Positions 13,772-15,988 of a stretch of DNA of 15,988 nt are shown here, piece after piece. A model generated the notes under the pieces. It saw nothing but the letters and a program-made list of their open reading frames with translations, was not told where the DNA came from and did no database searches. The DNA comes from Candidatus Hodarchaeum mangrovi. Its GTDB lineage: Archaea > Asgardarchaeota > Heimdallarchaeia > Hodarchaeales > Hodarchaeaceae. Position numbers and translations under genes: made by a program. The stretch covers positions 1 through 15,988 of the forward strand of contig JAEOUE010000295.1 of the NCBI GenBank assembly GCA_016839515.1. The letters are read 5' to 3'. Each line of letters begins with the position of its first letter. Position 1 is the first letter of the stretch.

Positions 13772-14466
13772 AATTCCAGACGTTTATCTGGGACATAGGA
13801 AAGAATTCTTCTGATCTGATCTTCTTTTTTGTTTATTCGGAAAACATTTGAGATTCGATAAATACGATCGCCTGTTTCTGGTTTAATAAAGAGATCACCA
13901 CTTAAGAAAAGCATTTTCTCAAAGATATCTGGGTTGGCTTTTTCGATGTGAGCATGTTGTGCGTTTCCAAATCGTTCTTCGTCTCCTAGAATTCCTCTGT
14001 GATGATAAATTTCTGTAGGGGAAATCAACCAATAGTCTATGCGACTATAGATATACATTATAATTAAATGAGCAGCTATTAGCAAAAAGAAGAATAAATA
14101 AAATTCTTGAGATACTGTGATATTAGGCCAGCTAAGACCAAACTTCAATTCAGGAAATTGAGTTATTAAGAGAATATAAACCAATACAAAGATTATAACA
14201 CCAAAAGCTATAAGAGCTGTCTTTCCCACTCCGAAATCAAAAGCTACTATGATAAAATTAAATGCAAATACTGCAAAAAAGAACGTCCCAAGAATTACTT
14301 TTGTGTCTGTACCAAAAAGGTCTGGTAAAAAAGCTTGGATAATGAACGAAAGTAAGGCAATTATCATACTAGGATAGAAAAAGAGCGTTTCAGGATAAGA
14401 ACGAACAATAGTATATTCCTTTTCTGGTTTTTTTATTTCTTGTGTTTTAATCGCATTCATTGACAT
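13768..14466 (-). CDS. Membrane protein (about 4 TM) with C-terminal bacterial PH-like (bPH_2/DUF304-like) domain
   Basis: Four hydrophobic helices, then YWLISPTEIYHHRGILG...IFEKMLFLSGDLFI...RISNV...IRRIL, which fits the bPH_2 pattern. GGAG upstream of the start. 4-bp convergent overlap with the GlmU-like gene. Confidence 0.7.
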   Translation of the reverse strand: MSMNAIKTQEIKKPEKEYTIVRSYPETLFFYPSMIIALLSFIIQAFLPDLFGTDTKVILGTFFFAVFAFNFIIVAFDFGVGKTALIAFGVIIFVLVYILLITQFPELKFGLSWPNITVSQEFYLFFFLLIAAHLIIMYIYSRIDYWLISPTEIYHHRGILGDEERFGNAQHAHIEKANPDIFEKMLFLSGDLFIKPETGDRIYRISNVFRINKKEDQIRRILSYVPDKRLEF

Positions 14467-14584
14467 TTTTTTCTTGACTCCAAAGAGATATATGTATTTA
14501 AATGATCAACTAAATTATATATATTTTTGTATATTCTTGAATTAAAAAAGGTTCTTTCTAAAATAATCAGACCTAACTTGTTCC

Positions 14585-15604
14585 TCAGAAGACATCTTTC
14601 AAGCCATTTGTAGTAATAGCAAATACAACTTCATTTTCAGGTAACATTGGACTATCGATAATTCGTGCAATACGACGTTCCCCTTTGGATTTTCGAAGGT
14701 AGATTCTAGTATGAGTTGAATGAGCTAAGATATGTCCTCCCACAGGTGTAGTAGGATCTCCAAAAAAAGTATCAGGAGCAGTTTGTACCTGATTAGTCAA
14801 GATAATGGCAAGATTATATATTTCAGCAAGTCTTAAAAGAGAATGAAGATGCTGATTTAGCTTTTGTTGGCGTGATGCTAAGGTTTCTCGTCCCACGTAT
14901 TCTGCACGAAAATGTGTGATTAATGAGTCAATTATCAATAATTTTACATTTCTAAGAGGGGCTTCTCTCATGATTCGTTCTGTTAAAATCATTTGATGGT
15001 CTGAGTTATATGCTCTGCCATGTAGTATGTGTTTTAAGATTGATTTAATGTTTAGATCATCTGAATATTGATTTGCCATCGAAACTATTCGCTCTGGACG
15101 AAAAGAGCCTTCTGTATCAATATATATACATGTAATAGCTTCTTTTCCATCCTTAGTGATACCCCCCCTTTCACATGGAAGATGGCTAGTTACACACAAC
15201 TGGTGCGCAATCTGTGTTTTACCCGTTCCATATTCCCCATAAACTTCTGTAACACTTCCAGTTTCAATTCCTCCTCCTAAAAGATCATCTAGGGCATCAA
15301 CACCAGTAGAAAGACGCATCATACTTCTTCTTGATTCAAGAACTTTATCTGCAGATTTAAAATCAATACCAAGAGATTTTTGAGCCATCTCAATCAGTTT
15401 GAGTGCCATATTCTCTTGGAAGTTACCACAAGATGTTAATTCTCGGATACTTGCACTAGCTACTGCTTCTATAGTTGTAAATCCTCCGTCAAAGAGCTTT
15501 TTAGAAAGTAAGGGATTAATATTTGATAGGAGAGGAAGACGATCGGGATCACTATATGATAGATCTTTTTCTAATTGAGAAGGAATAATATCGGGTTTGT
15601 GCAA
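14585..15604 (-). CDS. radA: DNA repair and recombination protein RadA (or a close paralog)
   Basis: N-terminal HhH-like domain; polymerization motif FKSA; LSTG...LDDLLGGGIETG; Walker A GEYGTGKT; YIDTEGSFRPER; Walker B LLIIDS; FRAEYVGRETLASRQQKL; TNQV; GGHILAH; DSP. TTG start. Confidence 0.9.
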   Translation of the reverse strand: MHKPDIIPSQLEKDLSYSDPDRLPLLSNINPLLSKKLFDGGFTTIEAVASASIRELTSCGNFQENMALKLIEMAQKSLGIDFKSADKVLESRRSMMRLSTGVDALDDLLGGGIETGSVTEVYGEYGTGKTQIAHQLCVTSHLPCERGGITKDGKEAITCIYIDTEGSFRPERIVSMANQYSDDLNIKSILKHILHGRAYNSDHQMILTERIMREAPLRNVKLLIIDSLITHFRAEYVGRETLASRQQKLNQHLHSLLRLAEIYNLAIILTNQVQTAPDTFFGDPTTPVGGHILAHSTHTRIYLRKSKGERRIARIIDSPMLPENEVVFAITTNGLKDVF

Positions 15605-15988
15605 TCGAAGATCTTTCCAAGAGTTCTTTAATAATAACTCGAATATCCAATAATAAAGACCTGTTCAAGACAGTTCATTATTAAACTTATAAGATATTAG
15701 ATTTTGAATTACTATTTCATTAGGGAACAGTATTACAACAAGGATCTAAAATTAGGAAGAGAGAATAAACAGGTATCACACTACCCTATAATGCCTTTTT
15801 TAGAATAAAAATAGTACCTGATTTTATAAAAATGAATATAGTCGTTTATTACTCTAAGTTAGGTTAAATGGGAATGACTCAGCCTATGTGTAATTTCACT
15901 TTCAGAGATCTCTTCTATTACAATAAAATTGTTTTAAACGGATTTTTAGTTCTTAATTTTTTAATTTTGGGAAAAAAATTAACTATTA

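Noticed and set aside
15068-15280. 70-aa plus-strand ORF
   Set aside because: Antisense to the RadA ATPase core.
15605-15988. 384-bp AT-rich region upstream of radA as a possible ncRNA, CRISPR leader or operator (ctgttc...gaacag inverted hexamer at 15661-15730)
   Set aside because: No repeat array, GC-rich stem or tRNA pattern; a 6-bp inverted match at that spacing is expected by chance.

Overview
AT-rich archaeal window, most likely from an Asgard archaeon (inferred from class I LysRS, RadA and eukaryote-like longin/uDENN domains). The left 9.2 kb holds a tightly packed + strand cluster of three paralogous single-pass membrane proteins (<3..1664, 1661..6211, 6225..9176). Each has a large sequon-rich ectodomain of Ig-like repeats, one TM helix and a cytoplasmic domain resembling the longin (uDENN) domain of folliculin/SMCR8. 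Two of them keep an 'EARGG' motif matching the FLCN/SMCR8 arginine-finger loop. The third lacks it but has a CBM-like jelly-roll near its N-terminus. The best hypothesis is a heteromeric surface receptor directly coupled to a small-GTPase GAP module. A small CxxC/His protein follows the cluster. The right half has a hypothetical protein, two membrane proteins (one with a bPH-like domain), lysS (class I), a GlmU-like protein with apparently degenerate active-site motifs, and a RadA-family recombinase. I saw no RNA genes, CRISPR arrays or mobile elements. All domain calls come from reading motifs by eye; no search was run.
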